A DNA stretch of 29,308 nucleotides from an uncultured Gemmatimonadota bacterium (GTDB taxonomy: Bacteria; SM23-81), in contig CAZOYL010000020.1 of the NCBI GenBank assembly GCA_964584035.1, positions 1 through 29,308 on the forward strand, in the 5' to 3' direction. The translations under genes and the position numbers were made by a program. A model generated the notes under the pieces. That model ran no database searches, was not told the origin of the DNA, and saw nothing but the letters and a program-made list of their open reading frames with translations. Positions 17,455 to 26,791 of the stretch are shown one piece after another. Position 1 is the first letter of the stretch. Each line of letters starts with the position of its first letter.

Positions 17455-17871
17455 CTATCGATCGTCGGATTTCTTCTGAGCGGGCTCTTCGGGAACGGGC
17501 TCTTCATCCACTTGCTCCTCAACGGCAGGCCCGGTCTCACCGAGTGCTTCCTTCGGCTGCTCAGCGGCTTCCTCCGGGGCGGGCTGTTTGGTGTCCCCCC
17601 CCTCTGTGGGAACCTCTTCAGCAACAGCATCTTTTGCAACAGGTTCGGCTGCGACGGCCTCTTCCGATGGTTCTGCCAGGCCGTATTTCCGGCGGAACCT
17701 CTCCACGCGTCCGGCGGTATCCACCAGCTTCTGTTTACCGGTGAAAAAGGGATGACAGCTGGAGCAGATCTCCACGCGGATATCGCTTTTGGTGGATCGG
17801 GTATGGATGACGTTGCCACACGCACAGGTGACCGTCGCCTCCTTGTACTCAGGATGAATATCCTTCTTCAA
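17455..17871 (-). CDS. rpmE: 50S ribosomal protein L31 (Zn-binding type) with ~70-aa acidic C-terminal extension
   Basis: [48 protein letters not shown]. Confidence 0.95.
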   Translation of the reverse strand: MKKDIHPEYKEATVTCACGNVIHTRSTKSDIRVEICSSCHPFFTGKQKLVDTAGRVERFRRKYGLAEPSEEAVAAEPVAKDAVAEEVPTEGGDTKQPAPEEAAEQPKEALGETGPAVEEQVDEEPVPEEPAQKKSDDR

Positions 17872-17930
17872 AATGACCTCCTGAAAGTCTCTTCTTGTCT
17901 TGGTATTGAATCGGTCCCGCTTAACTTATA

Positions 17931-17959
17931 ATTATAATTTATTTATTCAACAAAAGCAA
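17931..17959 (-). promoter_or_regulatory. Sigma70 promoter upstream of rpmE
   Basis: TTGCTT (17959-17954), 17 nt AT-rich spacer, TATAAT (17936-17931). Confidence 0.75.
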
Positions 17960-18071
17960 GAGAAAAGGTTCTCGAAGACGGGCAGACAGTGAACGGTAAA
18001 CCGCGGGGAAACTGAGGGAGACGGCCGCTTCTTCAGCAACCACAAGTTCCCGGGGCCCAAACCCTGGGTTT

Positions 18072-19319
18072 TCACTGATTCATCGATGCCAGAAATTTCT
18101 TATTGCTCTTTGTGGCACTTATCTTCTGCACCAAAACCTCCATGGCTTCAACCGCGTTCATCTCGTTGAGAAACTTCCGTAAAATCCAGATGCGGTTAAG
18201 CTCGGCCTCGGTAAGCAATAACTCCTCCCGCCGGGTGCCGGAGCGGTTGATGTCGATGGCCGGGAAAATACGGCGGTCGGCCAGACGGCGGTCCAGCACC
18301 AGTTCCATATTCCCGGTTCCCTTGAATTCCTCGAAGATGACCTCATCCATGCGGCTGCCGGTCTCGATGAGGGCTGTCGCGATGATGGTCAGACTGCCTC
18401 CCTCTTCGATATTACGGGCGGCGCCGAAAAACCGCTTGGGCCGCTGCAGGGCATTGGAATCCACTCCGCCGGAGAGAATCTTCCCGCTGTGGGGCACTAC
18501 GGCATTGTGAGCCCGGGCCAGTCGGGTGATGCTGTCCAGCAGGATGACCACATCCTGCTGATGCTCGATCAGCCGCTTGGCCTTCTCCAGGACCATATCG
18601 GCCACCTGCACGTGCCGCTCGGACGGCTCATCGAAGGTGGAGCTGACAACCTCCCCTTTCACCGATCGCTCCATGTCGGTGACCTCCTCTGGTCGTTCGT
18701 CGATGAGCAGAACGATCAGCTTGATCTCGGGATGATTGGTGGTGACGCTATTAGCGATCTTCTGCAGCAGCATGGTCTTGCCTGCTCTGGGGGGCGATGT
18801 GATCAGTCCCCGTTGCCCTTTGCCGATGGGCGTCAGCAGATCCATGATCCGCATGGACAGATCGCTCGAGGGCTCCTCCAGCCTGATCTTCTCCTGGGGG
18901 TATAGCGGCGTCAGGTTGTCGAACAGGATTTTTCCCTTGGCGGCTTCCGGATTCTCGAAGTTGACGGCCTCCACCCGAAGAAGAGCGAAATACTTCTCGG
19001 TTTCCTTCGGCGGCCGGATCTGTCCGGAAACGGTATCGCCGGTACGGAGATCGAACTTCTTGATCTGGGAGGGAGAGACATAGATATCATCGGGTCCAGG
19101 AAGATAATTATAGGTCGGCGACCGGAGAAATCCATACCCTTCCTGAAGAATTTCCAGGACTCCGGCCGCAAAGATAAACCCGTTCTTTTCGGTCTGAGCC
19201 TCAAGAATCCGGAAGATCAATTCCTGCTTTCTGAGCCCGCTGACCGCCGATATATTCAAATCCTGCGCGACTTTTAACAGTTCGGATATGGTCTTTGATT
19301 TTAACTCGGCGATATCCAT
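18072..19319 (-). CDS. rho: Transcription termination factor Rho
   Basis: [59 protein letters not shown] 19319 follows GGAG. Confidence 0.97.
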   Translation of the reverse strand: MDIAELKSKTISELLKVAQDLNISAVSGLRKQELIFRILEAQTEKNGFIFAAGVLEILQEGYGFLRSPTYNYLPGPDDIYVSPSQIKKFDLRTGDTVSGQIRPPKETEKYFALLRVEAVNFENPEAAKGKILFDNLTPLYPQEKIRLEEPSSDLSMRIMDLLTPIGKGQRGLITSPPRAGKTMLLQKIANSVTTNHPEIKLIVLLIDERPEEVTDMERSVKGEVVSSTFDEPSERHVQVADMVLEKAKRLIEHQQDVVILLDSITRLARAHNAVVPHSGKILSGGVDSNALQRPKRFFGAARNIEEGGSLTIIATALIETGSRMDEVIFEEFKGTGNMELVLDRRLADRRIFPAIDINRSGTRREELLLTEAELNRIWILRKFLNEMNAVEAMEVLVQKISATKSNKKFLASMNQ

Positions 19320-19396
19320 GATTTTCTCCAGAAGGGAAGAGTGTGCCGAGCCGAACGCGGCCATCCAATTGACCGGACAGACCGGGCCGGCATCAC

Positions 19397-21058
19397 TCAC
19401 ATACGGGTGGGAGCGCTGACGCCGATCAACTTAAGGCCATTCCCTAAAACAATCTGAGTGGCCTTGACGAGTGCCAGACGGGCGGTGGTGAGGGACGGGC
19501 TATCCGTGACCACCCGGCGCTTATGGTAGAACTGGTGAAAGGAGGTGGCCACCTGGCGAAGAAATCTCGTCATCCGGTGGGGCTCCAGTTCTGCTGCGGC
19601 CTGCTGGATGGTCTCGGGCAATCGTGCAATATTCTTGATCAGCTCTAGTTCTTCTGTGGTTCTCAACAATGAGAGATTGGTTTTTTCGAGATCATTCGAT
19701 TCTGTATTCTTTTCCCGGGCATGACGCAGGATGCTGCTGATACGGGCATGGGCATACTGGACATAGTAGACGGGATTTTCCTCCGACTGCTCCACGGCCA
19801 CGTCCATGTCAAAATCAAGATGGCTTTCCAGGCGGCGCATCAGAAAAAAGAATCGAGCCACATCGATTCCCACCTCATCGAGCAGCTCCCGCATGGTGAT
19901 GATGGATCCTTCTCTTTTCGACATCTTGACCGGGTGTCCGCCTTTAAGAAGATTCACCTGTTGAATGATCAGTAATTTCAAGCGAACAGGATCGATGCCC
20001 AGGGCCTGAATGGCCGATCGCATCCGCGGCAAATACCCATGATGATCCGGCCCCCATAAATCTATAACGGTATCGAATCCTCTGTCGAACTTATTTTTGT
20101 GATAGGCAATATCGGTCAGGAAATAGGTGCTGGAGCCATCTTCTTTGATCAGAACCCGATCTTCATCATCATCGAAATCGGACGCCCGGAACCAGACGGC
20201 GCCGTCGCGCTCAAAGATGGTCCCCCGCTCGGTCAGTAAAGCCAATATCTCCTCCAGAGCTCCTGACTTCTTGAGTCTCCTCTCGCTCAGCCAGACGTCA
20301 TAGGCCACCCCGAATTTTTCCAGATCCTCGCGCTGCTGTTGGATCAATCGATGGAGGGCCCAGTGCCGGATATTCTCCCGTCGATCGGCTGCCGGCTGGG
20401 AGAGATAGCTGTTTCCGACCTGCTCAATCAATTCTCGGGTCAGGTCGACCAGATACTCTCCTCGATAGGCGTCCTCGGGCAATTCCACATCTTCTCCGAG
20501 AAGCTGACGGTAGCGGACCTCCACCGATTCGGCGAGACGCTGAATCTGGACACCGGTATCGTTCACATAGAATTCCCGCTCCACCTGATAGCCGCAAGCC
20601 TGCAGCAGATGGGCGATGCTGTCTCCGACGGCGGCGGCTCTGGCGTTGACGACATTAAGCGGCCCCGTGGGATTGGCACTGACGAACTCGACCTGAACCT
20701 TTTTCCCCTGGCCGATATCAGAGTTACCATAGGACGGTCCGGCCCGGTGAATTTCGATCAACTTGCGGCGCAGATAATGGCTGCCATAGATGAAATTGAT
20801 AAACCCCGGAGCGCAGACGGACCAGCTTTTGATCAGTTGGCGATTCAACCGCAGTCCAGCGGAAATTTCTTCGGCGATGTTCAGGGGATCTTCGCCCACC
20901 TCGCGGGATAACAGCAGGGCCACATTGGTCGATAGATCTCCGAAGATGTCCTTCCGGGGCTGCTCCACCTGAATGTCAGCCGGCGAAAGGGTCGGCCAGC
21001 CCTTCTTCCTGGCCGTAATGCGGGCAATCTTTTCGGCAAGATATTCTTTGATCATCAT
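19397..21058 (-). CDS. argS: Arginine--tRNA ligase
   Basis: [56 protein letters not shown] 21079 is an alternative start. Confidence 0.96.
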   Translation of the reverse strand: MMIKEYLAEKIARITARKKGWPTLSPADIQVEQPRKDIFGDLSTNVALLLSREVGEDPLNIAEEISAGLRLNRQLIKSWSVCAPGFINFIYGSHYLRRKLIEIHRAGPSYGNSDIGQGKKVQVEFVSANPTGPLNVVNARAAAVGDSIAHLLQACGYQVEREFYVNDTGVQIQRLAESVEVRYRQLLGEDVELPEDAYRGEYLVDLTRELIEQVGNSYLSQPAADRRENIRHWALHRLIQQQREDLEKFGVAYDVWLSERRLKKSGALEEILALLTERGTIFERDGAVWFRASDFDDDEDRVLIKEDGSSTYFLTDIAYHKNKFDRGFDTVIDLWGPDHHGYLPRMRSAIQALGIDPVRLKLLIIQQVNLLKGGHPVKMSKREGSIITMRELLDEVGIDVARFFFLMRRLESHLDFDMDVAVEQSEENPVYYVQYAHARISSILRHAREKNTESNDLEKTNLSLLRTTEELELIKNIARLPETIQQAAAELEPHRMTRFLRQVATSFHQFYHKRRVVTDSPSLTTARLALVKATQIVLGNGLKLIGVSAPTRM

Positions 21059-21082
21059 CGCAGCCACTTCTCTGGTCAAAGA

Positions 21083-21442
21083 TTAGGCCTCGGCCGGCAT
21101 CGGGTCCACAACCACAGCATCACCCCAAAGCCGATCCAGACCATAAAAATCCCGGGCTTCCTCCTGAAAAATGTGTACCACCACATCCACGTAGTCCAGC
21201 AAGACCCATTTGAGAGCCGCGTACCCCTCCTGATGCCAGACCTTGATCTTTTCCTTCTCTAGACTCTCCTGGATGGTATCGCCGATCGCCTTGACATGAA
21301 CGTCCAGATTTCCACTGCAGAGCACAAAATAATCGGTGATGCCGGTTAATCCGCGTAAATCCAAGATCTTAATATCGCTGGCTTTTTTCTCGAAGGCGAT
21401 CTTTGCAGCCAGGAGTGCAATCTCCCGGGCCTTTGGCTTCAT
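21083..21442 (-). CDS. rsfS: Ribosome silencing factor (RsfS/Iojap)
   Basis: KKASDIKILD, TDYFVLCSG, WVLLDYVDVVVHIF, FYGLDRLWGD. ATGA overlap with the upstream gene. Confidence 0.95.
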   Translation of the reverse strand: MKPKAREIALLAAKIAFEKKASDIKILDLRGLTGITDYFVLCSGNLDVHVKAIGDTIQESLEKEKIKVWHQEGYAALKWVLLDYVDVVVHIFQEEARDFYGLDRLWGDAVVVDPMPAEA

Positions 21443-21933
21443 TCATCACTCCCCAGCACGGCCTTCAGGGGCAGCAGCTGCTGATGGTCTCTTCCCAGAA
21501 TCAGAGTCACGTCCAGCAGCAATTCTTCATCTTTCTGCTGGATGACATTGTCAATGCCGACGGCTCGGGCCACCTGCCAGGCTCCGGGCATATCTCCGAC
21601 CCGATCGACCACCAGGGTCTCAGGGAAATCGAAATTCTCTGCATTTCCCACGTTCACCACATCGAAGCCCTTCAGCCTGAGATAATCGGTCACTTCTTTG
21701 GCCAGGCCGGCAGCTCCGCAACCATTCAGCACCTCGACCCGAATGATCTTTTGCTCGACTGGTGCGGGTTGTTCCTGAGCCGGGCTGAGCCATCGCTGAT
21801 AGACGATGGAATAAAAAAACAGAATCAGAATCAGAAAGAGAAAAAGTATCCCCAGCTCCAGTCCCCGATCCCGAAGACCTTTTTTCTTCCGTGACGTGCT
21901 GGTTCCTCTTTTCGTCCGTGCTCGCTTTTTCAT
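21439..21933 (-). CDS. LytR C-terminal domain-containing membrane-anchored protein
   Basis: Basic N-terminus, one TM helix, then RVEVLNGCGAAGLA...GFDVVNVGNA...DVTLILGRD (LytR_C signature). Start set at ATG 21933. Confidence 0.85.
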   Translation of the reverse strand: MKKRARTKRGTSTSRKKKGLRDRGLELGILFLFLILILFFYSIVYQRWLSPAQEQPAPVEQKIIRVEVLNGCGAAGLAKEVTDYLRLKGFDVVNVGNAENFDFPETLVVDRVGDMPGAWQVARAVGIDNVIQQKDEELLLDVTLILGRDHQQLLPLKAVLGSDE

Positions 21934-22140
21934 CTTCCATCCTGAGCGGTGTTCGAACTTCAGGTCGGCAGGTACCCGGCGAATCAAGGGGCGGCTGATC
22001 AATGGTCGGAACTGACAGCGCCGTTCACCCGCCCGTCCGACATAGCCGGAAAAGCCTTTCTGGGGAATCGTCTTTTTGGAGGGGTTTCCGATCGCCGGTG
22101 CAGATGGCTTCTTAACCGGCAGAGCCAGATATCAACGGAC

Positions 22141-22623
22141 TTACCGACTCCACCGATTTGTCCACGGATCATGGCTACCGATCCCGGGCAGAGATTGGTA
22201 ACTGAAGTGGATGAAGATGTTATCGAACGGTCGATAATCCACCTGAAAGGCGGTCATCAGCGCCTGATTGCGGATGGCGCTGTTCTCCGAGAAGGTCGCT
22301 AAGGGACGATGCAGAAATCCCAGACCCACCTGGACATTTAATCGCGGAGAGAACCGGTAGGACAACATGTTCTGGTAAAGCCCCAGGAGATCTCCCTTCC
22401 CCTGGCCAGAGGAATAGGAAACCATCATGCCGTAGCTTTGAGACATCTGTAAACGTTCGGGATTCAGGAGCGACAGCCCCCGGGATGTTCCCGAAAGGAT
22501 ACTTTGTTCCAGTCCGGGCAGAGTCAGACCGACGCGTTGATCCGCCAGCTCACCGTAAGTAAAAGATACCGCCGGTATCAACAGCAGAGCGATCACCAAC
22601 AGCCATATCACTCTCCCAAGCAT
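22141..22623 (-). CDS. Hypothetical secreted protein, beta-strand rich
   Basis: RBS GAGGAG, signal peptide, alternating-polarity strands (QSYGMMVSY, NMLSYRF, FQVDYRP, NIFIHFSYQ). Has its own promoter. Confidence 0.78.
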   Translation of the reverse strand: MLGRVIWLLVIALLLIPAVSFTYGELADQRVGLTLPGLEQSILSGTSRGLSLLNPERLQMSQSYGMMVSYSSGQGKGDLLGLYQNMLSYRFSPRLNVQVGLGFLHRPLATFSENSAIRNQALMTAFQVDYRPFDNIFIHFSYQSLPGIGSHDPWTNRWSR

Positions 22624-22662
22624 ATCAGATGGCTCCTCTCTGCCTCCACAGATTCTGCTAGA

Positions 22663-22690
22663 ATGATAACATATCCCCGGGAAATGTCAA
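22663..22690 (-). promoter_or_regulatory. Sigma70 promoter for the hypothetical-LytR_C-rsfS-argS-rho unit
   Basis: TTGACA (22690-22685, overlapping the TGA stop of the upstream gene), 16 nt spacer, TATCAT (22668-22663), with extended TG. Confidence 0.7.
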
Positions 22691-23448
22691 CCTTTTTTTT
22701 CATTTTCCAATACCGTCCGGCGGGACATGATATTCTCCACCTCAGCCAGTTGAGCCGCGGAATTGATTCCCAACATCTCCCGCCAATCCTCGGCCACCAG
22801 GGCACCGACGGCCATCTCCCGAGCCCTGAATAAGGCGATGGCATCGGTCAGGTAATACTCCTTCTGGCGGTTGGTGGTATCGATATGACGGATAATCTCG
22901 AAGATCAGAGGCGCTCCGAAACAGTAGGCTCCGGTGTTGATCTCGCGAATCCCCCGAAGGGTCCCGCCGGCATCCCGGTCCTCCACGATGGCATCCAGCA
23001 ATCCGTCCGGCGTGCGGACGATGCGGCCATAACCATCGGGATGCTCCAGCACCGCCGTGAGAACCGTGGCGACGGCTGCGGTACGGCGATGGACGTTCAC
23101 CAGCTGACGCAAGGTCCGACCGGTCAGCAAAGGCGTATCGCCGGCCAGAACCAGCAGGTCGCCCTGATCGCCAGCCAGCGCCCCCTCGGCCTGGGCCAGA
23201 GCGTGGGCCGTTCCCAGCTGTTCGGCCTGGACCACGAATTCCACCCCCGGGCCGCTCAGAGCCGCGATGACCTGCCGGCGCTGATGTCCGACCACCACGA
23301 CGATCCGCTCGCATCCGGCATCCCGCACCGCCTGAATGACATAGGCTGCCATGGGCAGCCCGCGCACCGGATGAAGGACCTTGGCCAGATCCGATTTCAT
23401 CCTCTTTCCTTTTCCGGCGGCCAGAATCACGGCATTCAGCGTGCTCAT
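22687..23448 (-). CDS. GlmU-like sugar-1-phosphate uridyltransferase, N-terminal domain only
   Basis: ILAAGKGKRMKSDLAKVLH, QAEQLGTAHA, LAGDTPL, GYGRIVR, EINTGAY, EYYLTD, GINS. Ends at 253 aa with no hexapeptide acetyltransferase domain. Confidence 0.88.
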   Translation of the reverse strand: MSTLNAVILAAGKGKRMKSDLAKVLHPVRGLPMAAYVIQAVRDAGCERIVVVVGHQRRQVIAALSGPGVEFVVQAEQLGTAHALAQAEGALAGDQGDLLVLAGDTPLLTGRTLRQLVNVHRRTAAVATVLTAVLEHPDGYGRIVRTPDGLLDAIVEDRDAGGTLRGIREINTGAYCFGAPLIFEIIRHIDTTNRQKEYYLTDAIALFRAREMAVGALVAEDWREMLGINSAAQLAEVENIMSRRTVLENEKKG

Positions 23449-23527
23449 GGACCTCTTCTTTTCACCTGTTAGATCATCTCTTCTTTATCCGGCGGACGAC
23501 GAGGACTCCGGCGGATGGCGAGGTCGA

Positions 23528-24418
23528 TCATTCCGAGCCATAACTCCCGGCATCAGCCGGTTTGTTGTGCTTTCCAATCCCTACGATGACGTTGTCGATG
23601 AGGCGTGCTTTGCCGAATTTCACGGCCAGGGCGATCAGAACCCGGCCCGAGACATCTTCCACCGGCTGTAGCCGGTCGGCGTCCACCAGGGAGATATAAT
23701 CGATCTGACCGGAGGATTCGGTCTTGATCAACTGCCGCATTCCCTCCAGCAGAACGTCAGCTCGGCACTCGCCCGCCTGGACCTGGGAGCGAGCCCACTG
23801 CAAAGCCTGGTAGAGAACGGGAGCCTGACGACGCTGTTGGGGAGTCAGGTACTCGTTTCGCGAGCTCATCGCCAGGCCGTCCGGTTCACGCACCGTGGGA
23901 GCGATCACGATGTCGACATCTTGATGCAGGTCGGCCGCCATACGCCGAATGACGATGGCCTGCTGAGCATCCTTCTGTCCGAAGACGGCCACATGGGGTC
24001 TGACGATATTGAACAGCATGGTCACTACGGTGGTCACACCTCGAAAATGGCCCGGGCGGGAAGCTCCGCAGAGTACCTCGGTAAGACCCTTGACCTCAAC
24101 GACCGTGCAGTGTTCCGGAGGATACATCCGATCGACCGCAGGCATGAACAGGAGATCGCATCCCGCTTCCTCGAGAAGACGACTATCCCGGCGAACGTCC
24201 CTCGGATAGGCATCATAGTCCTCCCCGGGACCGAACTGTGAGGGATTGACGAACAGACTGACCACCGTCACCCGACTGAGCTGCCGGGCCCTTCGCACCA
24301 GGCTGAGATGGCCCTGATGGAGATACCCCATGGTGGGCACGAAGCCGATCCGTCTTCCAGCCTGACGAATAGCCTGGGCTGTTTTGTTCATTATTGGAAT
24401 ATCGGTGATGATATCCAC
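23528..24418 (-). CDS. panC: Pantoate--beta-alanine ligase
   Basis: FVPTMGYLHQGH, FVNPSQF, RPGHFRGV, FGQKDAQQ, GLAMSSRN, RLIDN. GTG start follows GGAGAGG. Confidence 0.97.
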   Translation of the reverse strand: MDIITDIPIMNKTAQAIRQAGRRIGFVPTMGYLHQGHLSLVRRARQLSRVTVVSLFVNPSQFGPGEDYDAYPRDVRRDSRLLEEAGCDLLFMPAVDRMYPPEHCTVVEVKGLTEVLCGASRPGHFRGVTTVVTMLFNIVRPHVAVFGQKDAQQAIVIRRMAADLHQDVDIVIAPTVREPDGLAMSSRNEYLTPQQRRQAPVLYQALQWARSQVQAGECRADVLLEGMRQLIKTESSGQIDYISLVDADRLQPVEDVSGRVLIALAVKFGKARLIDNVIVGIGKHNKPADAGSYGSE

Positions 24419-24433
24419 AGCCTCTCCACGGGC

Positions 24434-25231
24434 TTAGTAACTCTCCTCCGGACCGGGAAAGGTTCCCTCTTTGACATCCTTGATGTAGTTCCCAAACGCC
24501 CCCCGCATCTCCCCGGCGAGCTGAGCGTACCGGCGGACGAATTTCGGTTGGAACTCTTCGAACAATCCCAGAAGATCGTGCGTCACCAGAACCTGCCCGT
24601 CGCAGTCGGGTCCGGCCCCGATGCCGATCGTGGGAATGTCGATCTGTTCGGTGATCTGCCGGGCCAGATGGGCAGGTATCTTCTCCAGGACGATGGAAAA
24701 ACAGCCGGACTCGGCGAGAATACGGGCATCCTCAAGAAGACACTGGGCCTCTTCAGGCGACTGTCCGCGAAGCCCATAGCCACCGAATTGATGAATCGAT
24801 TGAGGCGTCAGACCGAGATGCCCCATCACGGGGATGCCGATCCGGGTCATTTTCTGGATCGTCTCGGCCATGTGCCGCCCTCCCTCCACCTTGACCGCTT
24901 CGGCACCGGCTTCCTGTAAAAAACGGCCGGCGTTGCGCAGAGCATCGGCGACGCTCGTCTGGTAGGACAGGAAGGGCATGTCGCCGATGATCAGGGCACG
25001 CTTGACACCTCGGCGAACGGTTCGGGTGTGATAAATGATCTCGTCCATGGTCACAGGCAGCGTGGTCCCGTATCCGGCCACCACCATGCCGACAGAATCG
25101 CCCACCAGGATGGCGTCGATGCCGGTCTCGTCGAGTAACTGCGCCATCAGGTGATCGTAGGCCGTGAGCACGGCGATCTTCTCTTTCGACTTCATCAGGC
25201 GGAACCGTTTGACCGTCATCGTCGGGTCCAT
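24434..25231 (-). CDS. panB: 3-methyl-2-oxobutanoate hydroxymethyltransferase
   Basis: LTAYD, LVGDS, DMPFLSY, VKVEGG, GHLGLTPQS, IGIGAG, GQVLV. Confidence 0.97.
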   Translation of the reverse strand: MDPTMTVKRFRLMKSKEKIAVLTAYDHLMAQLLDETGIDAILVGDSVGMVVAGYGTTLPVTMDEIIYHTRTVRRGVKRALIIGDMPFLSYQTSVADALRNAGRFLQEAGAEAVKVEGGRHMAETIQKMTRIGIPVMGHLGLTPQSIHQFGGYGLRGQSPEEAQCLLEDARILAESGCFSIVLEKIPAHLARQITEQIDIPTIGIGAGPDCDGQVLVTHDLLGLFEEFQPKFVRRYAQLAGEMRGAFGNYIKDVKEGTFPGPEESY

Positions 25232-25257
25232 GGGTCCACCTCCTTGAAAAATGTCAG

Positions 25258-25896
25258 CTACTCTCTCATGGGAACATAATATTTGGTCCCCGTGTGGGGC
25301 TTTCGAATCTGCCGGAGAAGGTCCTGCAGGTCGTCGGGATTGTGGACAAAATCGATCTTGGCGGTGTTGACCACCAATAGAGGGGAATCGGTGTAGTGGA
25401 AAAAAAAGTAGCTGTAGGCCTCATTCAACCGCTGGATATACTCCGGCGATATGGATTTTTCGAATGAGCGGCCCCGTTCACGGATGCGCTGCATCAGCGT
25501 TTCGGTATTGGCCTGTAGATAAATGACCAGATCGGGGCCGGGAATATCCCGGCGAAGCAAGGTCCAGAGGCGCTCGTAGAGACTGAGCTCTTTTTCATTC
25601 AAGTTGATATAGGCGAAGATCTTATCCTTGTCAAACAGATAATCGCTGATGGTCTTTCGATGAAACAGATCCTGCTGGGGAAACTCCTGCTGTTGGCGGT
25701 AGCGGCTGAGCAGGAAGAATATCTGCGTCTGGAAGGCGTAGTGTTCCGGATCCCGGTAGAAATCGGGCAGAAAGGGATTTTCCTCCACCTCTTCCAGCAC
25801 CAGGCGGGCGGACATTTCCTCGACCAGCAGCTTGGCCAGGCTGGTCTTCCCCACTCCGATGACGCCCTCGATGACGATATAATGTGCCTCAATCAT
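25258..25896 (-). CDS. Deoxynucleoside kinase (Dgk/Dck family)
   Basis: IEGVIGVGKTS, ENPFLPDFY, QIFFLLSRY, SDY, PDLVIYL, RIRERGRSFE. ATG 25896 overlaps the end of folK. Confidence 0.9.
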   Translation of the reverse strand: MIEAHYIVIEGVIGVGKTSLAKLLVEEMSARLVLEEVEENPFLPDFYRDPEHYAFQTQIFFLLSRYRQQQEFPQQDLFHRKTISDYLFDKDKIFAYINLNEKELSLYERLWTLLRRDIPGPDLVIYLQANTETLMQRIRERGRSFEKSISPEYIQRLNEAYSYFFFHYTDSPLLVVNTAKIDFVHNPDDLQDLLRQIRKPHTGTKYYVPMRE

Positions 25897-26404
25897 GACG
25901 ATGATGTCCCCGGGAAGTATATCGCCGCACCCCTTCGGTGGACTCCAGGTCACAGAGCAATTGGTCTGCCCGCCGCCCGGAGCGCGGATCGATCGCTCCA
26001 GGTGCGATCTCCGCGAGGGGCACCAGCACGAAAGCCCTGCGGGCCAATTCCGGATGCGGCACGATCAGATGGGAGTTTTCGATGATGACATCTTCATAGA
26101 GGAGCAGGTCCAGATCGATCGATCGCGGACCCCAGCGAAAGGTTTTCCGGCGCCCCACGAACCGCTCCACGGACTTGAGAACAGCGAGAAGGGCAGCGGG
26201 CTTGAGATCCGTGGATAGACGGGCGACCGCATTGAGGAAGAAGGGTTGGTCGGTGAAACCCACCGGCTCGGTCTCATACAGCGAGGAGGTCTGGTCGACA
26301 TGAATCCGGTCCTGACGACTGAGCTGTCTCAGCGCCCGATGGATATTCTTTTCGCGGTCGATCAGATTCGAACCCAGACTCACATAGGCGATGGCGACGG
26401 ACAA
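25889..26404 (-). CDS. folK: 2-amino-4-hydroxy-6-hydroxymethyldihydropteridine diphosphokinase
   Basis: YVSLGSN, SSLYETEP, FLNAV, WGPRSIDLDLL, PHPELARRAFVLVPLAEI. TTG start. Confidence 0.95.
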   Translation of the reverse strand: MSVAIAYVSLGSNLIDREKNIHRALRQLSRQDRIHVDQTSSLYETEPVGFTDQPFFLNAVARLSTDLKPAALLAVLKSVERFVGRRKTFRWGPRSIDLDLLLYEDVIIENSHLIVPHPELARRAFVLVPLAEIAPGAIDPRSGRRADQLLCDLESTEGVRRYTSRGHHRHD

Positions 26405-26413
26405 CGCCCCCCT

Positions 26414-26791
26414 TCAATCTTTCGACAGCTCTACCTCCACAGAATCCAACCGGCCGGGAATTGGCGGATGCGGCTTGCGAACCCGGATGGTCAGCCCCTG
26501 CGGCCGGTATCGGTCGGCGACAGCCCGAGAGATGGCTCCTGCCAGAGCCTCCAGGAGCCGGAACTCAGATCCCGAGACCACCTCCTCGACCAGCTGATAG
26601 AGCTCGGCCACATCGACCGTCCTGGCCAGATCGTCGCTGGAAACAGCCTCGGTGAGATCCAACCGCATCTCGACATCCACCTGAAAGGTTTGGCCCACCT
26701 CCCGCTCGGCGGCCAGATGGCCGTGATGAGCGAAAAAGGTCATATTCCACAGACGGATGACGCCCGCCTGAAATTCTCCCGTCGGCTTCAC
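26414..26791 (-). CDS. folB: Dihydroneopterin aldolase
   Basis: FFAHHG...ERE..GQTFQVD, LLEALA, IRVRKP. GTG 26791 follows GAGGGAGG and overlaps the aminotransferase stop (GTGA). Confidence 0.9.
   Translation of the reverse strand: MKPTGEFQAGVIRLWNMTFFAHHGHLAAEREVGQTFQVDVEMRLDLTEAVSSDDLARTVDVAELYQLVEEVVSGSEFRLLEALAGAISRAVADRYRPQGLTIRVRKPHPPIPGRLDSVEVELSKD

Noticed and set aside
21940..21975. GTTCGA and ACTTCA suggesting tRNA-Sec or another tRNA
   Set aside because: No cloverleaf, acceptor stem or CCA end can be built.
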